A DNA stretch of 64,000 bases from an uncultured Bacilli bacterium (GCA_944358675.1 CALVRN010000001.1:23358-87357), one strand, 5' to 3'; positions 36,884 to 47,363 are shown, counted from the first letter of the stretch. Numbers and translations: made by a program. The notes: a model not told the origin generated them from the sequence alone.

Positions 36884-37837
36884 ATGAAAAAAGAACCAGT
36901 AAAAACAATAACATTAAAAGTCAGTGAAAATACAATGAATAAAATGAACGAATATTTTGAAGATAAAAAAAGAATCAAAACTCCACCTTATGCTGTCTTC
37001 CAAGCCGATGAAGCTGACACCGTTGTAACATTATACCAATCAGGAAAAGCTGTCTTTCAAGGTATAAGTGCAGATATAGATGCAAATCTATGGTCACAAA
37101 TGGAAAAAAATTTAAATCCAAATAAAAAGGTTGATATGAAAGTAGCCAGTAATGAAAAAAAAGAAACTAAAAAAAATTCTAAAGTCTACTATGCAAACAC
37201 TATTGGCTCAGATGAAGTTGGAACAGGAGATTACTTTGGACCTATTGTTGTAACAGCATCTTATGTCACTAAAGAAGATATACCCTTTTTAGAAAGTTTA
37301 GGCGTTAAAGATTCTAAAAAATTAACCGATGAACAAATTTTAAAAATAACTCCTCAAATTATTAAAAAAATTCCATACTATACGATGACTCTTTCCAACC
37401 CTGAATATAACCAAAGACATAGTAAATACAACATGAATGCCATGAAAGCTATTTTACACAATAAAGTTTTAATAGAAATGACAAAACAATACAAACAATA
37501 TGATTATATAGTTGTTGATCAATTTGCTGAAAAATATGTTTATTATAATTATTTAAAGCAAATACCTAATGTTCAAAGAAATATTACTTTTATTACCAAA
37601 GCCGAAGACCAATGCTTATCTGTTGCTTGTTCAGCAATCATAAGTAGATATATATTTATTAAAGAGTTCGACAAACTATCAAAAAAATATAATCACACGC
37701 TTCCAAAAGGCGCTGGACCAATAGTCAATGAAGTCGGTGCTAAATTAGTAAAAGAATATGGTATTGATGTTTTAAATGAAATAGCTAAAACCAATTTTAA
37801 AAACACTGAAAAAATAAAAGAATTAGCTCAAAACTAA
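36884..37837 (+). CDS. rnhC: Ribonuclease HIII
   Basis: Catalytic GSDEVGTGDYFGP and the RNase HIII N-terminal domain. AGGTGA lies 5 nt before the ATG at 36884. Confidence 0.9.
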   Translation: MKKEPVKTITLKVSENTMNKMNEYFEDKKRIKTPPYAVFQADEADTVVTLYQSGKAVFQGISADIDANLWSQMEKNLNPNKKVDMKVASNEKKETKKNSKVYYANTIGSDEVGTGDYFGPIVVTASYVTKEDIPFLESLGVKDSKKLTDEQILKITPQIIKKIPYYTMTLSNPEYNQRHSKYNMNAMKAILHNKVLIEMTKQYKQYDYIVVDQFAEKYVYYNYLKQIPNVQRNITFITKAEDQCLSVACSAIISRYIFIKEFDKLSKKYNHTLPKGAGPIVNEVGAKLVKEYGIDVLNEIAKTNFKNTEKIKELAQN

Positions 37838-37849
37838 TTCTTTTTTTTT

Positions 37850-38051
37850 ATAAAAACGAGGAAAAAATCCTCGTTTTAAGCAAAGTCCAAAAGAGAAACC
37901 TTAACGAATTAAAAACCTGATCTCCCAGGTGGGCATCACATCATCAGCTTTAGGATCCTTTATTAAAATAAAGTATTCTACACCACCAACGAATTAGATT
38001 CCCAATCGTTATACTTAGTAGGTTTTTCATAGCGGTATTCTTCTTTTAGAC
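37850..38051 (-). ncRNA. Candidate ~200-nt rod-like structured sRNA (6S/SsrS-like)
   Basis: Own promoter at 38058-38086. Nested helices: 38051-38034 with 37900-37885 (~16 bp), 38027-38020 with 37918-37911 (8 bp), 37987-37983 with 37932-37928, and an apical hairpin at 37973-37958. It ends in the terminator and has GC-rich patches in an AT-rich spacer. Confidence 0.4.
37853..37877. terminator. Bidirectional terminator hairpin serving rnhC on the + strand and the sRNA candidate on the - strand
   Basis: The sequence aaaacgagga-aaaaa-tcctcgtttt is a perfect 10-bp stem with flanking A/T runs. Confidence 0.8.
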
Positions 38052-38057
38052 AATTAA

Positions 38058-38086
38058 ATTATATCATATATATTTTAGTTTGACTA
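38058..38086 (-). promoter_or_regulatory. Promoter TAGTCA-N17-TGaTATAAT for the sRNA candidate
   Basis: An extended -10 TGATATAAT is read on the minus strand at 38066-38058; the -35-like TAGTCA is at 38086-38081. Confidence 0.5.
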
Positions 38087-38118
38087 GTATCTTTACAAAA
38101 GTTAACAATATTTACCAT

Positions 38119-38916
38119 TTAGTATTTATCCAAAAAATTATACATTTTACCATCTTCAAAGTATGTTATAACCTTATCTAATTTAACATTACTTAAAGAT
38201 TTAAATATATTCCTATCTGCATCTGCATAATATTCTTTCAAAGTTTTAACTAATTCTTTCATCTCTTTACGTTTTCCTATATCTCTTTTAGTAACACTGC
38301 ACGCACAATCAATAAATGATAAATTATTATATTTAACCCAATCTAAAATATTATCTTCTCGAACTAAATATAAAGGTCTAATAAGTTCCATACCCTCAAA
38401 ATTATCACTTCTAAGTTTTGGCATCATTCCACTATACATACCATTATATATTAAATTCATTAAAATAGTCTCTAAAACATCATCAAAGTGATGACCTAAT
38501 GCAATTTTATTACATCCAAGTTCCTTAGCATAATTATACAAATATCCTCTTCGCATTTTAGCACATAAATAACAAGGATTTTTTTCTTTACTAATAATTT
38601 TAAAAATAGGGCTTTCAAATATATGAGCATTTATATTCAAAATTTTTAAATTACCCTTAATTTTATTTAAAACCTCATCAGTATACCCTGGATTCATGAT
38701 AACATATTCTAAATCAAATTTAATCTTTCCATGTTTTTGAAGTTCTTCTAAACATTTAGCAAGCAAAAAAGAATCTTTACCACCACTTATACAAACAGCT
38801 ATCTTATCATTTTCACCAATCAAATCATAATTACTAACTGCTTTAACAAAATTATGCCATATAGATGGTCTAAATTTTTTAATAATACTTCTTTCTACTT
38901 CTTGATATTTTTCCAT
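38119..38916 (-). CDS. PP-loop ATPase, TtcA-family tRNA thiolation protein
   Basis: PP-loop CISGGKDS. Cys motifs NPCYLCAKMRR and CACS. About 265 aa. Confidence 0.8.
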   Translation of the reverse strand: MEKYQEVERSIIKKFRPSIWHNFVKAVSNYDLIGENDKIAVCISGGKDSFLLAKCLEELQKHGKIKFDLEYVIMNPGYTDEVLNKIKGNLKILNINAHIFESPIFKIISKEKNPCYLCAKMRRGYLYNYAKELGCNKIALGHHFDDVLETILMNLIYNGMYSGMMPKLRSDNFEGMELIRPLYLVREDNILDWVKYNNLSFIDCACSVTKRDIGKRKEMKELVKTLKEYYADADRNIFKSLSNVKLDKVITYFEDGKMYNFLDKY

Positions 38917-38918
38917 AT

Positions 38919-39857
38919 CTATAATTTTAATAAAGAATTCTCTTTATAAACCTTAATCTTCCTTTTACTATCTATTCTAGATACATCTCTAACGGCATCA
39001 TCTAAATCATGTAAACCAACTAAACTCTCACTGATATGTCCAGCCACTGAATTTATAAATTGCGGTGATGAAATATATTCTTCGCATAAATCATCACTAT
39101 ATGTTTGTAATTCTGACACTGGAGAACTTAAGGCTTTTTTAATATCCTCAAAACCAATCGCATCCATAAAAATTTTTTTATTAAATGCTTTACTGCACTC
39201 TGGAGATAAAAAAGTCTTTTTTAATGCTTCCCTATATTGATCATAAAACATATTACTATCTACTTCTTCATCAGTAACTCCACCATAAACATCTATTATA
39301 TTGCTAATTACTTCACTAACTTCATCACTACTACATACTGAAGGATAAATTGCTTTATCTATATTATCAATTGTATATATAGGATTTGAAGTAAAACAAT
39401 CTTCTAAACCATTATTATCAATCTCACCAATAAACATAGTACTTTTAACATCAATAACATGATTATTATAAGTAAAAGAACCAGCAGTAATTATAGAATT
39501 TAAAGTAGAAAAACCTCCATATAGAAAAACATCTTTCATATCATGAATCAAAACAATTCCTTGACATCCTTTTTGATTATTTTCAGCAAACAATCCCATA
39601 AAAGCATTATATAAAACCATAGGTTCTACTCCTTGTGGAGTAAAAAAACCTGACATTCCAACTACAGGTATACCCATTTTACGAGCAGTTAATTCTACCA
39701 TTGTAGTTTTTCCACTACCTAGTTCACCTATCAATAAAGCATTTTTAGGTCTATTCAATTTTCTATTTCTAGCTATAGTCCAAACAAGATCTTTTAAAGC
39801 CTTATCTTGATTACATAGCAAATCTCTCAATTCATTATATAATTCTTTTGTTTCCAT
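38919..39857 (-). CDS. ClpX-like AAA+ paralog B with degenerate catalytic motifs
   Basis: The ClpX-like N-terminus NQDKALKDLVWTIARN corresponds to ClpX GQxxAKKxLAVAVYNHY. Walker A is GELGSGKTT. The Walker B position reads VLIHDMKD. The lid region has ALSSPVSEL...ESLVGLHDL in place of TGARGLR. Confidence 0.6.
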   Translation of the reverse strand: METKELYNELRDLLCNQDKALKDLVWTIARNRKLNRPKNALLIGELGSGKTTMVELTARKMGIPVVGMSGFFTPQGVEPMVLYNAFMGLFAENNQKGCQGIVLIHDMKDVFLYGGFSTLNSIITAGSFTYNNHVIDVKSTMFIGEIDNNGLEDCFTSNPIYTIDNIDKAIYPSVCSSDEVSEVISNIIDVYGGVTDEEVDSNMFYDQYREALKKTFLSPECSKAFNKKIFMDAIGFEDIKKALSSPVSELQTYSDDLCEEYISSPQFINSVAGHISESLVGLHDLDDAVRDVSRIDSKRKIKVYKENSLLKL

Positions 39858-39873
39858 AAATACCTCCGCGATT

Positions 39874-40818
39874 TTATTTCCTGCGAGAAATAAACAAAGA
39901 ATCCTTTTTTAAAACTTTCTTATTTTTTTTAGCATCATTTATAAACGTATTCTCAATAGCCGCTTCAGTCGCATGAAGACCTTCTCCACTTTCTAAGATA
40001 TATCCTGCAACCTTTTTTCTAAACACATCTGAATCAATATATTCATCTAATAAATCATCTTTATATAAATTCAAAGCAGAAATTGGTGATGATAAAGCTT
40101 TAACTATTTCCTCAGTACCCATATCTTCCATATAAATTTTTCTTTTAAAAGCTTGCATACTATTAGAACTTAAAAAACGATTTCTAATTATATCTGAAAT
40201 ATATTTTTCAAAACCAACATTTGCTAATCTATTACCTTTTTCATCTTCAGTAATTCGGTTTGCCTTTGATAAATAACCTTTTATAATATTTAAAGTTGGT
40301 GATACAAAATCATCATTATCTAAATCAGATAATCCTTGACTCCCTACAAAAATATTACGAACATTATCAGTATCTATCTCACCAATAAATATTACATCAG
40401 ATGAATTAAAATAACCATATTCACCTAAATTCAAAATTCCAGAAGCTATCATTGCATTAAATTCTTGATTATGACCATAAATAAAACTATCTTGAAAATC
40501 ATGAAGTAATAAAATACCTTCTCCATCATTATTACCATTCATATTCATTTGAAATAAACCACTAGCAATCAAATCATAATTTATTTCATTTGATGAAAAA
40601 GCATTATAAACCTCACCCATCGGTATATCCATAAGTTCTGCAGTTTCCTTTATCATAGTAGTTTTTCCACTTCCAAGATCACCTATAAGTAAGATATTTT
40701 CCTTAATACTGTTTTCTCCATAAAAATTATTATATAATACCCATACTAATTTTTTTAAAGCTTCATCTTGAATGCATATATTTTCTTTAAGTAATTCAAA
40801 AAACATTTGTCTATTCAT
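39874..40818 (-). CDS. ClpX-like AAA+ paralog A with degenerate catalytic motifs
   Basis: IQDEALKKLVWVLYNNF, Walker A GDLGSGKTT, Walker B position LLLHDFQD, and lid ALSSPISAL...ESGEGLHAT. Clearly paralogous to 38919-39857. Confidence 0.6.
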   Translation of the reverse strand: MNRQMFFELLKENICIQDEALKKLVWVLYNNFYGENSIKENILLIGDLGSGKTTMIKETAELMDIPMGEVYNAFSSNEINYDLIASGLFQMNMNGNNDGEGILLLHDFQDSFIYGHNQEFNAMIASGILNLGEYGYFNSSDVIFIGEIDTDNVRNIFVGSQGLSDLDNDDFVSPTLNIIKGYLSKANRITEDEKGNRLANVGFEKYISDIIRNRFLSSNSMQAFKRKIYMEDMGTEEIVKALSSPISALNLYKDDLLDEYIDSDVFRKKVAGYILESGEGLHATEAAIENTFINDAKKNKKVLKKDSLFISRRK

Positions 40819-40852
40819 AAAATCATTCCAATCATAAAGCCCCTTTTATATC

Positions 40853-42586
40853 TTAATCGTTTAATTTTATATGTAATTCTTCTAACTGTTTTTCAGTTAC
40901 TTCACTAGGTGCTTCAGTCATCAAACATGATGCACTAGTTGTTTTTGGAAAAGCAATTACATCACGAATATTTTCTGTCCCACACAATATCATAGTAAGT
41001 CTTTCTAAACCGATAGCAAGCCCACCATGTGGAGGACATCCATAATTTAAAGCATTTAACAAAAATCCAAATTTTGCTTCAGCCTCTTCTTTGCTAAATC
41101 CAAGTTCATTTAAAACCTTTTCTTGATCATCTGGATTATATATTCTCAAACTTCCGCCACCAGCTTCATAGCCATTTATAACTATATCATAAGCATATGC
41201 TTTAGCATTTTCCTTATCACTTAAACTATTAACATCCTTTGGTAAAGTAAACGGATGATGGCAAGATATATATCTACCTTCTTCCTCACTATATTCAAAC
41301 ATTGGAAAATCCGTTACCCAAGTTAATGCGTATTTATTTTTATCAATTAAATCTAAATCTCTAGCTATTTTACATCTTAAAGCACCTAAAGATGTTTTTA
41401 CCATTTTCTTATTACCAGCAATAATTAAAATTAAATCATTAGTCTTTAAATTTAATTTTTCTTTTAAAGCTTTACCAATTTCAGGTGTTATAAACTTAGC
41501 AATACTACCAGTAAATTCATCATTATACTTAAGAAAAGCCAAAGCTTTAGCCCCATATGTTTTGACATAATCAGTTAATTTATCAATATCTTTTCTAGAA
41601 TATTTATCAGCCACATTAAATACTAAAGCATTAATAATTCCGCCATCATTTATTATTGTTTTAAATAAACTAAAATCACTATCTTTAAAACTATCTGTAA
41701 TATCAAAAATTGGGTTTTCAAATCTTAAATCAGGTTTATCTGAACCATATAAATTAATCGCCTCATCATAAGTCATCCTATCAACAGGTAATTTAATTTC
41801 AATATCTTTTACTTCTTTAAAAACATTATAAAGTAAACCCTCTGTAATACTCATGATTTCATCTTCTGACATAAAACTTGTTTCCATATCTATTTGAGTA
41901 AATTCTGGCTGTCTATCTGCACGTAAATCTTCATCCCTAAAACATCTAGCTATTTGATAATATTTTTCCATACCACTCATCATAAGTATTTGTTTAAAAA
42001 GTTGTGGTGACTGTGGTAATGCATAAAAACATCCTTTATTCACTCTAGAAGGTACTAAATAATCTCTCGCCCCTTCTGGAGTTGATTTACATAAAATTGG
42101 AGTTTCAATTTCCATAAATTCTAAAGAATTTAAATATTTTCTTGCACTTTGCATAATCTTATGTTTAATAAATAAATTATTCTTAAGTTCTTCTCTTCTT
42201 AAGTCTAAATAACGATATTTCAATCTAGTATCTTCTAAAGCTGTCATATTATTTAAATCAAATGGAAGCTCCGCCGACTTATTTAAAATCTCTAGCTTTT
42301 GAACTTCAACTTCAACCTCACCAGTTTTCAAATTCCTATTAGCTTCTTTTCTTAAAACAACCTTACCACTAACTTTAATAACATATTCATTTTTAAGTGT
42401 ACTAGCGGCTTCATATACATTACTATCTGGATTTACTACTAACTGAATTAGTCCACTTCTATCTCTTAAATCAATAAATATAAGCCCACCTAAATCTCTT
42501 TTTTTATTAACCCAGCCATAAAGTGTAACAACCTCATCAACATTTTTTTTATTTATACTAGTATTATTAATCTTCATGTTCCTCAC
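40853..42586 (-). CDS. aspS: Aspartate--tRNA ligase
   Basis: Class II aaRS motifs (FRDEDLRADRQPEFTQID, GGGSLRI, GLAIGLERL) and the OB anticodon-binding N-terminus. The start may be the ATG at 42577. Confidence 0.95.
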   Translation of the reverse strand: MRNMKINNTSINKKNVDEVVTLYGWVNKKRDLGGLIFIDLRDRSGLIQLVVNPDSNVYEAASTLKNEYVIKVSGKVVLRKEANRNLKTGEVEVEVQKLEILNKSAELPFDLNNMTALEDTRLKYRYLDLRREELKNNLFIKHKIMQSARKYLNSLEFMEIETPILCKSTPEGARDYLVPSRVNKGCFYALPQSPQLFKQILMMSGMEKYYQIARCFRDEDLRADRQPEFTQIDMETSFMSEDEIMSITEGLLYNVFKEVKDIEIKLPVDRMTYDEAINLYGSDKPDLRFENPIFDITDSFKDSDFSLFKTIINDGGIINALVFNVADKYSRKDIDKLTDYVKTYGAKALAFLKYNDEFTGSIAKFITPEIGKALKEKLNLKTNDLILIIAGNKKMVKTSLGALRCKIARDLDLIDKNKYALTWVTDFPMFEYSEEEGRYISCHHPFTLPKDVNSLSDKENAKAYAYDIVINGYEAGGGSLRIYNPDDQEKVLNELGFSKEEAEAKFGFLLNALNYGCPPHGGLAIGLERLTMILCGTENIRDVIAFPKTTSASCLMTEAPSEVTEKQLEELHIKLND

Positions 42587-43847
42587 CTAATTTTTCATCT
42601 AAAAATTCTATTATTTTATCTAATTTAACCTTATATTCTTCTTTTGTTTCATTATTCTTAACAGTTAACAATTTACTTTCCACTTCTTCTTCACCAATTA
42701 TAATAATATATCTAGCATTCACTTTATCAGCTTGTTTGAAATTACTTTTAAAACTCTTACCATTATAATCTATCTCAACATTAAAACCAGCAAGTCTTAA
42801 ATCATTAGAAAGTGATAAAACATAAGGTTTTTGCTCATCACCAGCACTAAATATATAAACATCTGGGCATATTATTTCTCTAATATCTATGTTTTCTGCA
42901 TCTAAAGCCAAAAACAACCTTTCAAGTCCAACTGCAAATCCAACACCAGGTACACTAGGTCCACCAACAAATTCAACTAAATGATCATATCTTCCACCAG
43001 CAGCCAAAGTATTTTGTGAACCAAATCCTTCAATATCAGCTTGAACTTCAAACACAGTATGAGTGTAATAATCAAGCCCTCTAACAATACTTGAATTGAC
43101 TTTATAATTTATACCCATCGCATCTAAATATTCTTTAACTTTATCAAAATGTATTCTACTTTCTTCATTCAAATAATCAGTCATTTTAGGAGCATTCTTC
43201 ATAATTTCATTTGAACTATCTACTTTACAGTCTAAAATTCGTAATGGATTTTTTTCATATCTTCTCCTGCAATCATCACATAAATCATTCAAATAAGGTT
43301 TAAAATAATCAAGTAATGCTTTTCGATAATTTTCTCTAGATTCCTTATCTCCTAAAGTATTTATATTTACACTAACACCTTTCAAACCTAAAATTTTAAA
43401 TAAATTACAAACAATGCCAATAACTTCCGCATCCATCATTGCATCAAAGCTACCAAAAGCCTCAAAACCGAACTGATAAAACTCTCTATATCTGCCAGCT
43501 TGCGGTCTTTCATACCTAAACATTGGACCTAAATACCAAGCCTTTAAAGGTAAATTCTCCGCATATAATTTATTTTCAATAAAACATCTAACAATACCTG
43601 CAGTTCCTTCTGGTCTAAGTGTTAAATCTCTATCTCCTCTATCTTTAAAATCATAAGTTTCTTTACTTACTATATCTGTTGTTTCACCAACACCTCTATG
43701 AAAAAGTTCACTACTTTCAAATATTGGAGTTTCAAAATACTTTGCATTATATTTATCCATTAAAGCCTCTACTAACTTTCTAAAATAAAGATAAGTTAAA
43801 GCCTTATCACCATATATATCATAAGTTCCTTTTGGTTTTTGTAGCAT
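42567..43847 (-). CDS. hisS: Histidine--tRNA ligase
   Basis: LRPEGTA, FRYERPQAGRYREF, AAGGRYD and GFAVGLERL motifs. Confidence 0.95.
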   Translation of the reverse strand: MLQKPKGTYDIYGDKALTYLYFRKLVEALMDKYNAKYFETPIFESSELFHRGVGETTDIVSKETYDFKDRGDRDLTLRPEGTAGIVRCFIENKLYAENLPLKAWYLGPMFRYERPQAGRYREFYQFGFEAFGSFDAMMDAEVIGIVCNLFKILGLKGVSVNINTLGDKESRENYRKALLDYFKPYLNDLCDDCRRRYEKNPLRILDCKVDSSNEIMKNAPKMTDYLNEESRIHFDKVKEYLDAMGINYKVNSSIVRGLDYYTHTVFEVQADIEGFGSQNTLAAGGRYDHLVEFVGGPSVPGVGFAVGLERLFLALDAENIDIREIICPDVYIFSAGDEQKPYVLSLSNDLRLAGFNVEIDYNGKSFKSNFKQADKVNARYIIIIGEEEVESKLLTVKNNETKEEYKVKLDKIIEFLDEKLGEEHED

Positions 43848-43874
43848 AATAAAAACATCCTTTCCCTACATAAA

Positions 43875-43903
43875 ATTATATTGTTTTTTAATATAAAAGT
43901 CAA
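43875..43903 (-). promoter_or_regulatory. Promoter TTGACT-N17-TATAAT for hisS-aspS
   Basis: Read on the minus strand: TTGACT at 43903-43898 and TATAAT at 43880-43875. It leaves only a ~20-nt leader before the hisS ATG. Confidence 0.6.
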
Positions 43904-43965
43904 TGAAATAGCCAATATTAAAAGCACTTGTAATTAATTTACAAGCAACATTATATATTTAAAAA

Positions 43966-43993
43966 ATAAAAAGCCAAAGAATAATTCTCTGAC
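43966..43993 (-). terminator. Putative tuf terminator
   Basis: On the minus strand, gtcagagaat-t-attctttggc forms ~10 bp including G-U pairs, followed by TTTTT. Confidence 0.45.
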
Positions 43994-44007
43994 TAAATTA
44001 AACAATA

Positions 44008-45198
44008 TTATTTAATAACTTCTGAAACGTTACCAGCACCAACTGTTCTACCACCCTCACGGATAGAGAATTTAGTACCATTTTCAATAGCGATTGGTGC
44101 GATTAATTCTACTGTCATTTCAACATTGTCACCAGGCATTACCATTTCAACACCTTCAGGTAATTCAATAACACCAGTTACATCAGTTGTACGGAAGTAG
44201 AATTGTGGACGATAGTTACTGAAGAATGGAGTATGTCTTCCACCTTCTTCTTTACTAAGTACATAAACTTGAGCTTTAAACTTAGTATGTGGAGTAACTG
44301 ATCCTGGTTTAGCGATAACTTGACCACGTTCAACTTCATCACGGCTTACACCACGAAGTAATAAACCTGTGTTATCTCCTGCTTCAGTAAAGTCTAATTG
44401 TTTTCTGAACATTTCAATACCAGTTACAACTGTTTTCTTAGTAGGTTTTAAACCAACAATTTCAACCTCTTCGTTAAGTTTTAATTCACCACGTTCAACA
44501 CGTCCAGTAACAACTGTACCACGACCTGTAATAGTGAATACATCTTCAATTGGCATTAAGAATGGTTTGTCATTATCACGAACTGGAGTTTCAATCCATG
44601 AATCAACAGCATCCATTAATTCACCAATTTTAGCTTCGTAAGCAGCATCTCCTTCAAGAGCTTTTAAAGCAGAACCTCTGATAATTGGAGTATTGTCGCC
44701 ATCATAACCATATTCAGTTAATAATTCACGAACTTCCATTTCAACTAGGTCTAATAATTCTTCATCATCTACCATATCACATTTGTTTAAGAATACAACC
44801 ATACGAGGTACTCCAACTTGACGTGAAAGTAAGATGTGTTCACGAGTTTGTGCCATAGGTCCATCTGTAGCAGCAATAACTAAGATAGCACCATCCATTT
44901 GAGCAGCACCAGTGATCATGTTTTTAACATAGTCAGCGTGGCCTGGGCAGTCTACGTGTGCATAGTGTCTATTAGCTGTCTCATATTCGATATGAGCAGT
45001 GTTAATAGTAATACCACGTTCTCTTTCTTCTGGAGCTTTATCGATATCAGCATATGCTTCGAATTTAGCCCAACTAGGATTTTGATCTGATAAATATTTT
45101 GTAATAGCCGCAGTTAATGTTGTTTTACCATGGTCAACGTGTCCAATAGTACCAATATTAACATGTGGTTTTGAACGGTCAAATTTTTCTTTTGCCAT
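44008..45198 (-). CDS. tuf: Elongation factor Tu
   Basis: [14 protein letters not shown] and NKCD motifs, with full-length EF-Tu similarity. Confidence 0.99.
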   Translation of the reverse strand: MAKEKFDRSKPHVNIGTIGHVDHGKTTLTAAITKYLSDQNPSWAKFEAYADIDKAPEERERGITINTAHIEYETANRHYAHVDCPGHADYVKNMITGAAQMDGAILVIAATDGPMAQTREHILLSRQVGVPRMVVFLNKCDMVDDEELLDLVEMEVRELLTEYGYDGDNTPIIRGSALKALEGDAAYEAKIGELMDAVDSWIETPVRDNDKPFLMPIEDVFTITGRGTVVTGRVERGELKLNEEVEIVGLKPTKKTVVTGIEMFRKQLDFTEAGDNTGLLLRGVSRDEVERGQVIAKPGSVTPHTKFKAQVYVLSKEEGGRHTPFFSNYRPQFYFRTTDVTGVIELPEGVEMVMPGDNVEMTVELIAPIAIENGTKFSIREGGRTVGAGNVSEVIK

Positions 45199-45230
45199 AT
45201 TAATTTCCTCCTCTTTCTATTTCAATAAAC

Positions 45231-45259
45231 ATTTTAGCATGACTAAACTAAAATTTCAA
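45231..45259 (-). promoter_or_regulatory. Internal tuf promoter TTGAAA-N17-TGcTAAAAT in the fusA-tuf spacer
   Basis: Read on the minus strand: TTGAAA at 45259-45254 and TAAAAT at 45236-45231, with TG at the extended -10 position. Confidence 0.55.
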
Positions 45260-45269
45260 CTATTTTTAT

Positions 45270-47342
45270 TTAGTTTCCGCCATTTTTTTTGATAATATCT
45301 TCTGCAATATTCTTAGGTACTTCTTCATAGTGATCAAACTTCATTGAGAAGTTGCCTCTACCTTGTGTATTAGAACGTAAACTTGTTACATATCCAAACA
45401 TTTCTGAAAGTGGTACCATTGCATCAATATTCAAAGCATTACCACGTGAGCTTTGACCCATTGGTCTACCACGTCTTGCAGTAATATCACCCATAACTGT
45501 TCCTAAGAATTCTTCTGGAACTGTTACTTCAACACTCATAATTGGTTCCAAAATAACTGGATCACAATTTTTCTTAGCCTCTTTTAAAGCTAAAGATGCC
45601 GCAACTTTAAATGCCATTTCAGATGAATCAACATCATGATAAGATCCATCATGTAAAGTAGCTTTAACATCAATTACAGGATATCCAGCTAAAATACCAG
45701 ATTCCATAGCTTCTTGTAAGCCTTTATCTACTACTGGAATGTATTCTCTTGGAACTACACCTCCAACAATAGCATCAACAAACTCATATCCTTTACCAGG
45801 ATTAGGTTCAAATTCAACCCAAACGTGTCCATATTGTCCACGGCCACCTGATTGTTTAATGTATTTTCCTTCGCAGTCGCCTTTTTTCTTAATAGTTTCT
45901 CTATAAGCAACTTGTGGGTTACCAACATTAGCTTCAACACCAAATTCTCTCTTCATTCTATCAATAATGATGTCTAAGTGTAATTCACCAACACCAGCAA
46001 TGATAGTTTGACCAGTTTCATGATCAGTTGTAGCTCTAAATGTCGGATCTTCTTCAGATAATTTTTGTAAAGCTAAAGCCATCTTATCTTGGTCATCTTT
46101 AGATTTTGGTTCAACGGCAAGTTCAATAACTGGTTCTGGAAATTCCATAGGAGCTAATATACAAGCATGTTTTTCATCACATAAAGTATCACCTGTAGTT
46201 GTAGCCTTAAGACCAACAACTGCTGCAATATCTCCTGTATAAACATCGGTAATTTCTTGTCTGTGATTAGCATGCATCTGTAAGATACGTCCTACTCTTT
46301 CCTTCTTATCTTTATTTGAATTTAATACATATGAACCATTAGATAAATGACCAGAATAAACTCTGATAAAAGTTAAACGTCCAACAAATGGATCAGTCAT
46401 AACTTTAAATGCTAAAGCTGAGAATGGTTCGTTATCACTAGGATGTCTTTTAATTTCATTACCATTCATATCAACACCTTCAATTGCTTCAACATCTGTA
46501 GGTGCTGGTAAATAGTCAACAACAGCATCAAGTAATAATTTGATACCTTTGTTTCCAAGTGCAGTACCGCACATAACTGGGAAGAATTTAACAGCCAAAG
46601 TTCCTTTTCTAATAGCCGCTTTAATTTCATCAACTGAAATTTCTTCTCCCTCTAAATATTTATTCATTAAATCATCATCAAACTCTGCAACTGCTTCGAT
46701 TAAGTCATTACGTTTTTCCTCAACTATATCTACTAAATCTGCAGGAATATCGATAATTTCAGGATTTTCTTCGGGCTTTCCATCGTATTTATAAGCTGTT
46801 TTAGTTACTAAATCAACAACACCATTGAAATCACTTTCAGCTCCAATTGGCCATTCAATTGGTTTAGCATTAACACCTAAACGCTCTTCAATACTCTTTA
46901 AACTAAATTCAAAATCTGCTCCCATTTTATCCATTTTATTGGCAAAAATCATTCTAGGAACATTGTATTCAGTTGCTTGTCTCCAAACTGTTTCAGTTTG
47001 TGGTTCAACACCAGCTTGTGCATCAATAAGTGCAACTGCACCATCAAGTACACGCAAACTTCTTTGAACTTCAACAGTAAAGTCCACGTGACCTGGAGTA
47101 TCAATAATATTTAATCTATAGCCATTCCAATATGCAGTTGTTGCTGCAGAAGTAATAGTAATACCACGTTCTTGTTCTTGTTCCATCCAGTCCATTTGAG
47201 ATTCACCATCATGAGTTTCACCAATTTTGTGAATCTTATGAGTATGGAATAAAATTCTTTCCGTGCATGTAGTCTTACCTGCATCGATGTGGGCCATGAT
47301 ACCAATATTACGAGTTTTTTCTAAACTATATTCACGAGCCAT
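45270..47342 (-). CDS. fusA: Elongation factor G
   Basis: [17 protein letters not shown] and NKMD motifs; full-length EF-G. Confidence 0.99.
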   Translation of the reverse strand: MAREYSLEKTRNIGIMAHIDAGKTTCTERILFHTHKIHKIGETHDGESQMDWMEQEQERGITITSAATTAYWNGYRLNIIDTPGHVDFTVEVQRSLRVLDGAVALIDAQAGVEPQTETVWRQATEYNVPRMIFANKMDKMGADFEFSLKSIEERLGVNAKPIEWPIGAESDFNGVVDLVTKTAYKYDGKPEENPEIIDIPADLVDIVEEKRNDLIEAVAEFDDDLMNKYLEGEEISVDEIKAAIRKGTLAVKFFPVMCGTALGNKGIKLLLDAVVDYLPAPTDVEAIEGVDMNGNEIKRHPSDNEPFSALAFKVMTDPFVGRLTFIRVYSGHLSNGSYVLNSNKDKKERVGRILQMHANHRQEITDVYTGDIAAVVGLKATTTGDTLCDEKHACILAPMEFPEPVIELAVEPKSKDDQDKMALALQKLSEEDPTFRATTDHETGQTIIAGVGELHLDIIIDRMKREFGVEANVGNPQVAYRETIKKKGDCEGKYIKQSGGRGQYGHVWVEFEPNPGKGYEFVDAIVGGVVPREYIPVVDKGLQEAMESGILAGYPVIDVKATLHDGSYHDVDSSEMAFKVAASLALKEAKKNCDPVILEPIMSVEVTVPEEFLGTVMGDITARRGRPMGQSSRGNALNIDAMVPLSEMFGYVTSLRSNTQGRGNFSMKFDHYEEVPKNIAEDIIKKNGGN

Positions 47343-47363
47343 ATTATATTTCCTTTCTTATAA

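Noticed and set aside
44369-47305. ORFs of 62-90 aa listed inside tuf and fusA: antisense at 44369-44641, 44899-45090, 46540-46794 and 46825-47067, and same-strand out-of-frame at 45755-45943 and 47111-47305.
   Set aside because: They lie entirely within highly conserved, confidently called translation-factor genes. They have low-complexity Ser/Ile-rich translations and no RBS, which is typical of shadow ORFs.
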